A stretch of 64,000 bases of DNA, taken from assembly GCA_017472865.1 (NCBI GenBank), contig JAFUNV010000027.1, forward strand, positions 2,520 through 66,519, given 5' to 3'. A program made the translations under genes and the position numbers. The stretch is from Ruminiclostridium sp. (GTDB lineage Bacteria; Bacillota; Clostridia; Oscillospirales; Ruminococcaceae). Of this stretch, positions 47,041 to 55,536 are shown in pieces (position 1 is the first letter of the stretch; each line of letters opens with the position of its first letter). The notes below the pieces were generated by a model. It was not told where the DNA came from. It searched no databases and saw nothing but the letters and a program-made list of their open reading frames with translations.

Positions 47041-49311
47041 ATGAGCCTTATCACTGTAAAAAATATCAGAAAAGAATACTCTCCCTACCGCTGGCAGGTA
47101 GGCGGCAATGACCCCTACACCGAAGAACTGACCATGTTCACACTTCAGGGAAAGAATACTACATACGCCTTTGCCGCTCTTGAAAGCGGACACCTTGCTC
47201 ACGTTTATTTCGGCAAGCGCACCGAGGATGAGGATTTATCGTATCTTTTAAGACTTGACGAAAACCCCTTTACCCCCAAGGTAAACGAGCGCGATATGGG
47301 CACCTTCATGGACACAACTCCCTTTGAATATCCCTGCCACGGTATCGGCGACTACCGCGAGCCTGCAATCATGCTTATGGATAACAAGGGTATGTCCTCT
47401 CTTGATTTACGTTATGTTTCCTATGAAATCATAAAGGGCAAGCCTCAGCTTGAACAGAAGCTCGAAGACTGCACCGTGCGTATCCCCGCAACCTTTGCAG
47501 ACGAAAATGAAGCCGAGACTGTTGCAGTAACCCTTGAGGACAAGCGCACAGGACTGAACGTTATTCTTTACTACACTGTTTTTGCAGAACTTGACGCTGT
47601 TATCAGAAGCGTAAAGCTTATAAACAAGGGCAGCGAAGCCTTTGATGTACGCCGTGTTTTATCGGGCTGCGTAGATTTCGACAATGACGAATTCGATTTT
47701 ATCACTCTCAACGGCTCATGGGCAAGAGAACGTGTAATGGAGCGCTGCCGTCTCCACCACGGCAAGCAGAGTGTTGACTCTGTAAAGGGCGAATCCTCTC
47801 ACCAGAACAACCCCTTCGTGGCTCTCGTTTCTCACAACGCAAACGAGGATATGGGCGAGGCTTACGGCTTCAACCTGGTTTACAGCGGCAATTTCTTTGC
47901 TCAGGCTGAAGTTACCCAGCATAAAAAGACCCGTCTTGTAATGGGTATCAATCATTTTGACTTTTCGTGGAAGCTCATGCCCTCCGCTGAATTTACAGCT
48001 CCCGAGCTGGTTATGGTCTACTCCTCCGAGGGTATTGGCAATATGTCCCGCACCTTCCACGACCTGTACAGAAACAACCTTATCCGCGGCGAATACAAGG
48101 ACAAGCGCCGCCCTATCCTCATCAACAACTGGGAAGCTACATACTTCAATTTCGATACCGATAAGCTGATTGATATTGCAAAGCAGGCTTCCTCTCTCGG
48201 CATAGAAATGCTGGTTATGGACGACGGCTGGTTCGGCCACAGAGATTCCGACAACAGCTCCCTCGGCGACTGGTTCGTATATGAAAAGAAAATCAATGGC
48301 GGCTTAAAGTATCTCGTTGACGAGGTCAATAAGCTGGGCATGAAATTCGGTATCTGGTTTGAGCCTGAAATGATTTCTCCCGACAGCGAGCTTTATAAGG
48401 CTCACCCCGACTGGGCTATCCAGATTGCGGGAATGCCTATGACACAGAGCCGTCAGCAGTATGTACTTGATTACAGCCGCAAGGAAGTGCGCGACCATAT
48501 CTACGGCATGATGAAGAAGATACTTGACAGCGCAAATATCGAATACATCAAGTGGGATATGAACCGCCAGCTTACAGAGGTAGGCTCAAACGCACTCCCT
48601 GCTGACAGACAGCGTGAATTATGGCACAGATATGTACTGGGCGTTTATGACATTATGGAACGCCTTACAAGCGAATATCCCCATATCCTTCTTGAAAACT
48701 GCTCCGGCGGCGGCGCACGCTTTGACGCAGGTATGCTGTTCTATTCTCCCCAGATATGGACCTCTGACGATACAGACGCTATCGAAAGACTCAAAATCCA
48801 GCACGGTACTTCTATCTGCTACCCTGCTTCCGCTATGGGTGCACACGTTTCCGACTGTCCCAACCATACAGTAGGCAGAAGCACTCCCTTCTCCACCAGA
48901 GGAAATGTGGCAATGGTCGGTACTTTCGGCTATGAGCTGGACGTTACAAGAATCCCCGAAAGCGACAGAAACGAAATCCCCTCGCAGATTGAAATGTTCA
49001 AGAAGTTCAACCCCCTCGTCCGTACAGGCGACCAGTACCGTATCGGTAACGTTTTTGATGACAATATGTGGGACGCGTGGATGTTCGTTGCCAAGGACAA
49101 GTCAGAAGCGGTATTCACCTTTGTTCAGGTTCTCGGAAGACCCAATTACAGAAGCAGGCGTATCAAGCTTAAGGGTCTTGACCCCGAAAAGAAGTACAGA
49201 AGCAGCAAGACAGGCGAAATTCATACAGGCGCGGCTCTTATGAACTGCGGTATCAATATCGGTCTTGACGGCGACTTCAAATCTGAGGTCATTCATTTTA
49301 CAGCTGAATAA
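47041..49311 (+). CDS. Alpha-galactosidase (GH36)
   Basis: NNWEATYF, DDGWF, GIWFEPEM, YIKWDMNR, CSGGG.R, WTSD. Confidence 0.95.
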   Translation: MSLITVKNIRKEYSPYRWQVGGNDPYTEELTMFTLQGKNTTYAFAALESGHLAHVYFGKRTEDEDLSYLLRLDENPFTPKVNERDMGTFMDTTPFEYPCHGIGDYREPAIMLMDNKGMSSLDLRYVSYEIIKGKPQLEQKLEDCTVRIPATFADENEAETVAVTLEDKRTGLNVILYYTVFAELDAVIRSVKLINKGSEAFDVRRVLSGCVDFDNDEFDFITLNGSWARERVMERCRLHHGKQSVDSVKGESSHQNNPFVALVSHNANEDMGEAYGFNLVYSGNFFAQAEVTQHKKTRLVMGINHFDFSWKLMPSAEFTAPELVMVYSSEGIGNMSRTFHDLYRNNLIRGEYKDKRRPILINNWEATYFNFDTDKLIDIAKQASSLGIEMLVMDDGWFGHRDSDNSSLGDWFVYEKKINGGLKYLVDEVNKLGMKFGIWFEPEMISPDSELYKAHPDWAIQIAGMPMTQSRQQYVLDYSRKEVRDHIYGMMKKILDSANIEYIKWDMNRQLTEVGSNALPADRQRELWHRYVLGVYDIMERLTSEYPHILLENCSGGGARFDAGMLFYSPQIWTSDDTDAIERLKIQHGTSICYPASAMGAHVSDCPNHTVGRSTPFSTRGNVAMVGTFGYELDVTRIPESDRNEIPSQIEMFKKFNPLVRTGDQYRIGNVFDDNMWDAWMFVAKDKSEAVFTFVQVLGRPNYRSRRIKLKGLDPEKKYRSSKTGEIHTGAALMNCGINIGLDGDFKSEVIHFTAE

Positions 49312-49314
49312 AGC

Positions 49315-49351
49315 TGAAGCGGCGGTCACAATTGTGACTGCCGCTTCATTT
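49315..49351. terminator. Bidirectional terminator
   Basis: TGAAGCGGCGGTCACAATTGTGACTGCCGCTTCATTT. Confidence 0.8.
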
Positions 49352-49370
49352 CTGTATTTACAATAATTCA

Positions 49371-49631
49371 TTATCCGTGCAGACCCTTCGCCTGTCTTAT
49401 CATATCCTCCACAACGATATCGCAGATTTCACCGAGGGAAGAGCAATATTCAAGCACCTTCCACGGCTCGTTGGTGTGGTAGTGGATTTTTATAAGGTTT
49501 TCGTCACCGACTGCAAGGAGACTGTCGCCCTTGAAATTTTCCACGAAATAATCGTAGATTTCATCCTCGTCCAGGTTTTCACCCTCGATTAAAAGCTGTG
49601 TGTCATATCTGAATTCAATATTCTCGTCCAT
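49371..49631 (-). CDS. Small protein resembling the middle domain of DAK2/FakA (YloV) proteins
   Basis: FRYDTQLLI, GDSLLAVGD, IKIHYHTNEP, G...DI.VEDM..Q. Confidence 0.75.
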   Translation of the reverse strand: MDENIEFRYDTQLLIEGENLDEDEIYDYFVENFKGDSLLAVGDENLIKIHYHTNEPWKVLEYCSSLGEICDIVVEDMIRQAKGLHG

Positions 49632-49645
49632 TTTATTTTCCTCCG

Positions 49646-50578
49646 TTACTTGATTTCAACAGGCTCTCTGTCCTTGCCGATAAAGAAAAGCGCAACCGTT
49701 GCGGGACCTGCGTGCGCACCGATAACAGCGCCTATATCGCCGTAACGTATCTTCTTTACCTCAGGCATCATATCCATAATAAGCTTTCCGAGATACTCCG
49801 CGTCCTCTCTGGCGTCAGCGTCATGAATGAAAATCTCCTCGTTTTCATCGGGAATATATTTAGCCTTCATCTGCTTTGCCATAGCCACAAGCGACTGCTT
49901 TCTGCCCCTTACCTTTGAATAAGGAAGAAGCTGACCCTTATCGTTGAAATAAAGAATAGGCTTGATGCCAAGCATTGTTCCGAAAACCGCAGAAACCTTT
50001 GAAAGTCTGCCGCCTCTGTGAAGGTGATTAAGGTCGTCAACGGTGAAAATGTGTATTGTGTTATATTTAAGCACCTCGGCGTATTCCGTAAGCTCGTCGA
50101 GGTCGGCACCTTGATTGCGGCGGATTACCAGGTGATGGAGCAGGAAACCCTCTCCTCCGCAGGCAGAAACAGAATCCACAACCTTTACGCGGCAATCGGG
50201 ATATTTTTCCATGATATCCTTTGCAACAAGCATCGAGGTCTGGTATGAACCGCTGAGCGCACCCGAAAAGCTGAGATAGAAGATGTCCTTGCCCTGCTGT
50301 GCAATCTCCTCAAAAATCTTATATAAATCATCATACCCTACCTGTGAGGTTTTGGGCATACTGCCGTTTCTTACCTTATCATAAAAGGTCTTTATATCCA
50401 GCGAATTATCGCTGTACTGTATATATTCATCATCATCGACGGTATAGTGCATACCTATAAAAGGAATATTATTTTCCGCATAATATTCTTTAGCCATGTC
50501 GGTAGTTGAGTCGGTAACAATTACATATTCCTTTTTAGCTTCCTTTTCAACAACTTCTGTATTTTCAAAATTTTCCAT
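49646..50578 (-). CDS. DegV/FakB fatty-acid binding protein
   Basis: IVTDST, KTSQ, S.ALSGSY, VDS, L.RGGR, IKPIL, GAHAGP. Confidence 0.95.
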   Translation of the reverse strand: MENFENTEVVEKEAKKEYVIVTDSTTDMAKEYYAENNIPFIGMHYTVDDDEYIQYSDNSLDIKTFYDKVRNGSMPKTSQVGYDDLYKIFEEIAQQGKDIFYLSFSGALSGSYQTSMLVAKDIMEKYPDCRVKVVDSVSACGGEGFLLHHLVIRRNQGADLDELTEYAEVLKYNTIHIFTVDDLNHLHRGGRLSKVSAVFGTMLGIKPILYFNDKGQLLPYSKVRGRKQSLVAMAKQMKAKYIPDENEEIFIHDADAREDAEYLGKLIMDMMPEVKKIRYGDIGAVIGAHAGPATVALFFIGKDREPVEIK

Positions 50579-50618
50579 ACGAACTCCTTTCGCTTACCAC
50601 ATTGAAAGTTATGCTATT

Positions 50619-50647
50619 ATTATACACCATGACAAAAATTATGTCAA
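50619..50647 (-). promoter_or_regulatory. Sigma-A promoter of degV with overlapping TGACA-N7-TGTCA palindrome
   Basis: TTGACA-N17-TATAAT; inverted repeat at 50630-50646. Confidence 0.75.
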
Positions 50648-50800
50648 GCGAAATATAATATTTTGTGCAATTTATCCACAAATACTACATTGTCATCATA
50701 TATATAATCTATTTGCGGTTTACCGCTAAAAATGATTGTAAATCTGCACATACTGATACAATCAATATTGGGATTTTTGTATAAATTTACAAAAAAGCTA

Positions 50801-50829
50801 TTGTAATTTTCCAATTTATATTGTATAAT
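50801..50829 (+). promoter_or_regulatory. Sigma-A promoter of the cheY module
   Basis: TTGTAA-N17-TATAAT. Confidence 0.65.
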
Positions 50830-50880
50830 GAAAATGTATTAATTTAACTCGGCGCGGCCGTTCAGGAAAGGAAATGGAAA

Positions 50881-51255
50881 ATGAAAATTTCAGAAATAAA
50901 GGTTCTGATTTGTGATGACTCTATCCTTGTCAGAAAAAAACTTACCGAACTCCTCAAGGGTGCAGGAATTACAGCAATCTATGAAGCCAAGGACGGCAAT
51001 CAGGCAGTTGAGCAGCATAAAACTCACAACCCTGATTTAACCTTTATGGATATCGTTATGCCCGAAAAGACAGGTCTTGAAGCTCTCGAGGAAATCAGAG
51101 CCAATAACCCTGCCGCAAAGGTTGTCATGGCTTCTACTATCGGTACACAGAGCAATCTTACCGCAGCTATAAAGGCGGGTGCCTTCGACTTCCTCCAGAA
51201 GCCTGTTCAGGACGAGGACGTCTACAAAATTCTCAATACCTTTACTAAGGAATAA
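50881..51255 (+). CDS. cheY: Single-domain response regulator, CheY-like
   Basis: ICDDS, FMDIVMP phosphoacceptor, MAST, QKP; no output domain. Confidence 0.85.
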   Translation: MKISEIKVLICDDSILVRKKLTELLKGAGITAIYEAKDGNQAVEQHKTHNPDLTFMDIVMPEKTGLEALEEIRANNPAAKVVMASTIGTQSNLTAAIKAGAFDFLQKPVQDEDVYKILNTFTKE

Positions 51256-51269
51256 GGAAAGGAAAAATT

Positions 51270-52136
51270 ATGTTTACACAGTTATTCGGTCACTATCTTT
51301 TAAATAAGAATTACATAACCACCGAGCAGCTCAAAAAGGCTCTTGAGGAAAAGAACAATACCCGTGTAAAGCTGGGTGCTCTTGCTATTGACGCGGGATA
51401 TATGACCGCAGAGCAGGTTGAAAAGGTTCACGAAGCTCAGAGACGCCTTGATAAGCGTATCGGTGATATCGCGGTAGAAATGGGATTTCTTACCGATGAG
51501 CAGGTAGGCGAGCTGCTCTCAAAGCAGAAGACTGCAAATATCGTAATCGGTCAGACCCTTATGGACCTGGGATATATGACCAATGCAGATTTTGAAAAGG
51601 CTCTTGCCGAATACAAGGCGAGTGCAGGCTTTGCCGGCGACGACAACGACGATATGCTTGCTGAAAATATTATCGGTGCTTTCGGTCTTGAAGACCTGGC
51701 TGACAAGGATTTCTATGTTGAATATCTCCTTCTCTTCGCAAGAAATACCATCAGATTTATCGGCGACGACTTCGTATTCACGGGCTGTACCAAAAATCCC
51801 GAGTTAAAGAGCGCATACCTCTGTTCTCAGGATATCAAGGGTAAGGTTTCCGCTTACACAGCTATCGGCTGCGACAAAGCTGCTTTCTTCACTTTAGCTT
51901 CAAGATATGCAGGTGAAAACGTAGACGAGGACGAATTTGCCGAGGCCTGCACAGGTGAGTTCCTGAACCTTCAGAACGGTCTTTTCGCTGTAAATGTTTC
52001 AAACCTTGAAGGTGTTGAGCTTGACCTCACTCCCCAGGTTTCCGAAAAGGACGTTACCCTCAACATTGATGACGGTATCAGCGTTTCTCTTGCGTTCTCC
52101 TTCGGCAATGTAAATCTTGTAATTTGCAGAAACTGA
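51270..52136 (+). CDS. Protein with four MshEN-like repeats and a CheX/CheC-like phosphatase domain
   Basis: 24-aa motifs starting at residues 5, 34, 63, 92; C-terminal GEFLNLQNG (ExxN) followed by a Pro. Confidence 0.75.
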   Translation: MFTQLFGHYLLNKNYITTEQLKKALEEKNNTRVKLGALAIDAGYMTAEQVEKVHEAQRRLDKRIGDIAVEMGFLTDEQVGELLSKQKTANIVIGQTLMDLGYMTNADFEKALAEYKASAGFAGDDNDDMLAENIIGAFGLEDLADKDFYVEYLLLFARNTIRFIGDDFVFTGCTKNPELKSAYLCSQDIKGKVSAYTAIGCDKAAFFTLASRYAGENVDEDEFAEACTGEFLNLQNGLFAVNVSNLEGVELDLTPQVSEKDVTLNIDDGISVSLAFSFGNVNLVICRN

Positions 52137-52150
52137 TTGAATTAAACAGA

Positions 52151-52180
52151 AACGGGCGGCAGCTGCCGCCCGTTATTTTT
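52151..52180. terminator. Bidirectional terminator (REP-like stem)
   Basis: AACGGGCGGCAGCTGCCGCCCGTT then T-rich. Confidence 0.8.
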
Positions 52181-53435
52181 ATTTACACTTAGCTGCGAAA
52201 TACTCCTTGTACTCCTCCACGAATGCGTCAGAAACCACGTCTCCGCCCTCACCGTTGGGGTGAGCACCGTACTTTGCCTGTGCGGGGTCATCATCGCCGC
52301 CTAAAAGTCCGCCGAAATCAAAATACATTCCGCCGTACTCCTGCGCGGTAATTTCAAGGAGAGTATTGAGTTCATTTCTTGTGCTTTCCTGCTCCGTGCC
52401 GTAGGACTGGGGAGGTGCGCTGAAGATTATAACCTCACAGCCTGCCTCTGCAAGCTCCTTGGTAACGGTTCTGATATAACCGTCAATCTCAGGGGCGGTG
52501 TTGCCGTCCTCTGCTCCGTAAGGACCCGAAATTATATCATTGGTGCCGAATGCAACTATTACCGTGTCGTAATCCTTGATGCGTTCAACCCAGTCGCCGC
52601 AGTGCGCCGCGTCACTGGAACGTGACCAGCCGAGACCGACATTCCAGAAGCCGCAGTCCGTGCCAAGCTTCTCGGAAATCTTCGCTGCCCAGAACTGATA
52701 TTCCATGAAGTCAGTCTGACAGCCCTGTGTAATGGAGTCGCCTATTGCCGCTAACTTGTATTTTACTTCACGATTACAGCCGATAAGCTGAGGAAGCGGA
52801 ATTGTATCGCAGGTTTCAAAGGTGCCTGAACCGAAATCGGCAGTTGCCGAGGTGAGATACGACATATTCGTACAGGGGATTTCCGTACCTGTGATTTTCC
52901 ATTCCCAGACTATGTAGCTGCCCTCGCTGAGCGTAAACTCAACAGGGTCGCTCCAGTAGGTTTCGTTGGGAGTTACATTCTTTTCCGTGCTTCCGCCGAA
53001 TGTGACAGGAGTGCGGTTCTTTATTTGTGCGTCAGGGCCGCTGCCGCCGTCGGCAATATATGCGGCTTCAATTTTGTAGCTACCGCCGTCACGGCCTACA
53101 TAAGCAAGCTCACCCTTATCGTAGGTTGAATCAACCGTGTTGGAAAAATAGAACTTGTATTCAAAAGTACCGTATTCCTCCGCAGGAAGATATGCGCGGT
53201 AGGTAACTCCGTCCGCCGCCTCGATAAACATATTGTTGCCCGTAGACATAAAGGTGTTTGACACGTATTTATCGAAATCTGTTTCAACTTCAGGTGTTTC
53301 TTCAATTACTGCCGCAGGGGTCGTGGTTGTATCATCTGCCGCAGGCTGGGTCTGCTCCGTAGTCTGTGCAGGCTCGGCAGCGCATGAGGAAAGAAGCAGC
53401 ATAGCTGCAAGAGATAGGGAAATTGCCTTTTTCAT
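52179..53435 (-). CDS. SGNH/GDSL hydrolase lipoprotein
   Basis: Lipobox LLLSSC, Thr/Pro linker, GDSIT, FGTND, HPN. Confidence 0.85.
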   Translation of the reverse strand: MKKAISLSLAAMLLLSSCAAEPAQTTEQTQPAADDTTTTPAAVIEETPEVETDFDKYVSNTFMSTGNNMFIEAADGVTYRAYLPAEEYGTFEYKFYFSNTVDSTYDKGELAYVGRDGGSYKIEAAYIADGGSGPDAQIKNRTPVTFGGSTEKNVTPNETYWSDPVEFTLSEGSYIVWEWKITGTEIPCTNMSYLTSATADFGSGTFETCDTIPLPQLIGCNREVKYKLAAIGDSITQGCQTDFMEYQFWAAKISEKLGTDCGFWNVGLGWSRSSDAAHCGDWVERIKDYDTVIVAFGTNDIISGPYGAEDGNTAPEIDGYIRTVTKELAEAGCEVIIFSAPPQSYGTEQESTRNELNTLLEITAQEYGGMYFDFGGLLGGDDDPAQAKYGAHPNGEGGDVVSDAFVEEYKEYFAAKCK

Positions 53436-53523
53436 ATATAATTCCTTTCAGATTTTTTCGTTTTCTATAGTTTACCACAATTTTAACCGCTTGTAAAGGG
53501 TTTTAGGTTATAAATTAAAAAGG

Positions 53524-53552
53524 TTGACTTTGACTTTACTTTGTATTATAAT
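53524..53552 (+). promoter_or_regulatory. Sigma-A promoter
   Basis: TTGACT-N17-TATAAT. Confidence 0.7.
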
Positions 53553-53588
53553 TAAGTAAGCAAAACCATAATTGAAAGGATTTTCACC

Positions 53589-55301
53589 ATGAAAAAGAAA
53601 CTTATCGCCTCTCTCCTGCTTGCGGGACTTATGCTTTCGGTAGGCGGCTGCGGCTCAGATACAGGCACAACCGATACCACCACCACACCTGCGGTTACCG
53701 ATACACAGGAGCATGACGAAGCTCCTTCCCCTGCTGAAGATTTTGAAACCGAAGCGGCAGGCGACCTGCTCGCAATAACAGGCTATAAGGGACAGGGCGG
53801 ACGTGTCGTTATCCCTTCTCAGATTGACGGAAAATCAGTTTCACATATCAGAGCTTCCGCTTTCGCTTATAACGATAATATTGAATCGGTTTATATTCCA
53901 CAAACTGTTACAGATATTGAAGAAAAAGCATTCTATCTCTGTGAAAAACTGGCAACAGTCGAAACAGCAGGTGCCGAGCATATAGGAGATGAAGCCTTTG
54001 CAGGCTGTAAAAGGCTTTCAAGCGTACATACAGGCAACGATATCAAGACAGTGGGCAACGGTGCTTTTGCAAATACACCCTGGATTGAAAACGGTGAATT
54101 TGTCTGCTCAGGCGGCGTCCTTTTCCGCTACAACGGCTCTGCCGCTGACGTTGTAATCCCCGATAACGTGCGCCTTATCGCAAACCTTGCTTTCTCCCAC
54201 AATAAGGACATCACCTCGGTGACAATGCCCGAAAGCGTGACAGATATCGCTTATCTCGCCTTTGCAGGCTGTGAAAATCTTAAAACCGTAACCATGACTG
54301 ACAACGTTGATTTTATCGGCGGACGCGCTTTTTCCTACTGCACCTCGCTTGAAAGCATAACTGTGCCCGCAAAGGTAAACCAGATAATCGACGGTACATT
54401 TATGGGCTGTACAGCACTTTCGGAAATCACACTCCCCGACGGCGTAACAACACTGGGAAAGGATTCCTTCAACGGCTGTGTAAGTCTTTCGGAAATAGCA
54501 ATCCCCTCTTCCATAAAATCAATTTATGAGGGCGCATTCAGCGGCTGTTCATCTCTTAAGGCTGTGGCTGTCCCTGAGGGCGCGGATACCGTTCACCCCA
54601 AAACCTTCTATAACTGCTCCGCCCTTACTGATGTGACAATTCCTGCTACTGTGACCTCAATAGGCGACTACGCTTTTTACGGCTGTGAATCGCTCGGCGA
54701 TATTCCTGCCGCCGCTTCTGCGGAAAGCTACGGCAAGGGCGCATTCCAGAACTGTAAGGCGCTTACAGCGGTAACTATGCCCGATACAGTAAATAACTTA
54801 GGTGCGAACGTTTTCGCCAACTGCACCGACCTTGAAAGCGTAAATCTCTCGGCAAATATTGCGGCTGTACCCGATTCTGCCTTTGAAAAATGCACCTCCC
54901 TTACCTCTGTGACAATCCCTGACGGAGTTACCTCGGTAGGCGAAAAGGCATTTTCAAGCTGTACTGCACTCACAACAGCGGAAATGGGCGATAATATTTC
55001 ATCTTTCGGCAAGCAGTGCTTCAACGGCTGTTCAGCCCTCGGTTCAATCGAGCTTTCCGCCGCCGCAAAGAGTGTTTCCGAAAGCATGTTCTCGGGCTGT
55101 ACAGCTCTCGCCTCGGTTGTTCTTCCCGAAGGGCTTGAAGCTATCGAAAAGAGCGCTTTCAACAAGTGCGAAGCTCTCTCCTCAATAAATATTCCTTCCA
55201 CAATAAAGAGCGTAGGCTTTGCGGCATTCAAGAAATGCGACGCACTCCCCGAAGTAACCTTCCCTGCCGATGCTGACGTAAACGACAGCGCTTTCGGCTG
55301 A
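53589..55301 (+). CDS. BspA-type (TpLRR) leucine-rich repeat lipoprotein
   Basis: Lipobox-like LSVGGC; many ~23-aa repeats LxxIxIPxxVxxIGxxAFxxCxx. Confidence 0.93.
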   Translation: MKKKLIASLLLAGLMLSVGGCGSDTGTTDTTTTPAVTDTQEHDEAPSPAEDFETEAAGDLLAITGYKGQGGRVVIPSQIDGKSVSHIRASAFAYNDNIESVYIPQTVTDIEEKAFYLCEKLATVETAGAEHIGDEAFAGCKRLSSVHTGNDIKTVGNGAFANTPWIENGEFVCSGGVLFRYNGSAADVVIPDNVRLIANLAFSHNKDITSVTMPESVTDIAYLAFAGCENLKTVTMTDNVDFIGGRAFSYCTSLESITVPAKVNQIIDGTFMGCTALSEITLPDGVTTLGKDSFNGCVSLSEIAIPSSIKSIYEGAFSGCSSLKAVAVPEGADTVHPKTFYNCSALTDVTIPATVTSIGDYAFYGCESLGDIPAAASAESYGKGAFQNCKALTAVTMPDTVNNLGANVFANCTDLESVNLSANIAAVPDSAFEKCTSLTSVTIPDGVTSVGEKAFSSCTALTTAEMGDNISSFGKQCFNGCSALGSIELSAAAKSVSESMFSGCTALASVVLPEGLEAIEKSAFNKCEALSSINIPSTIKSVGFAAFKKCDALPEVTFPADADVNDSAFG

Positions 55302-55325
55302 TAAATTCAGAACAATTCAATATTA

Positions 55326-55403
55326 GCGGGCGACCGCAGGTCGCTCCTACAAGCAACCGCTTTGTTATGCGAAGAAATGTAGGGGCGAACTGTGTTCGCC
55401 CGT
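55326..55403. repeat. Inverted pair of GTAG-type REP palindromes
   Basis: GCGGGCGACCGCAGGTCGCTCCTAC, 28-nt spacer, GTAGGGGCGAACTGTGTTCGCCCGT. Confidence 0.75.
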
Positions 55404-55446
55404 TGATTTATTTATACGGAATTTTGCATAAAAAAGGCGAATTTTC

Positions 55447-55475
55447 TTGACATGCGGCAATTTTTTAAGTATAAT
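55447..55475 (+). promoter_or_regulatory. Consensus sigma-A promoter of the NSS transporter genes
   Basis: TTGACA-N17-TATAAT. Confidence 0.85.
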
Positions 55476-55536
55476 TAAAATGTTGTGTGTTTTTAGAATA
55501 TAACACAAAAATCTCCCTTATCGAAAGGAAACATAT

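Noticed and set aside
50672-50680. Perfect DnaA box TTATCCACA as a sign of oriC
   Set aside because: Single box; no cluster and no dnaA/dnaN in the window.
53524-53545. CtsR-like TTGACT tandem repeat
   Set aside because: Spacing does not fit the heptad-N3-heptad pattern, one copy is the -35, and the target is not a stress gene.
53850-55260. Periodic DNA that could suggest a CRISPR or tandem array
   Set aside because: Periodicity is explained by coding LRR repeats; no identical repeats with unique spacers.
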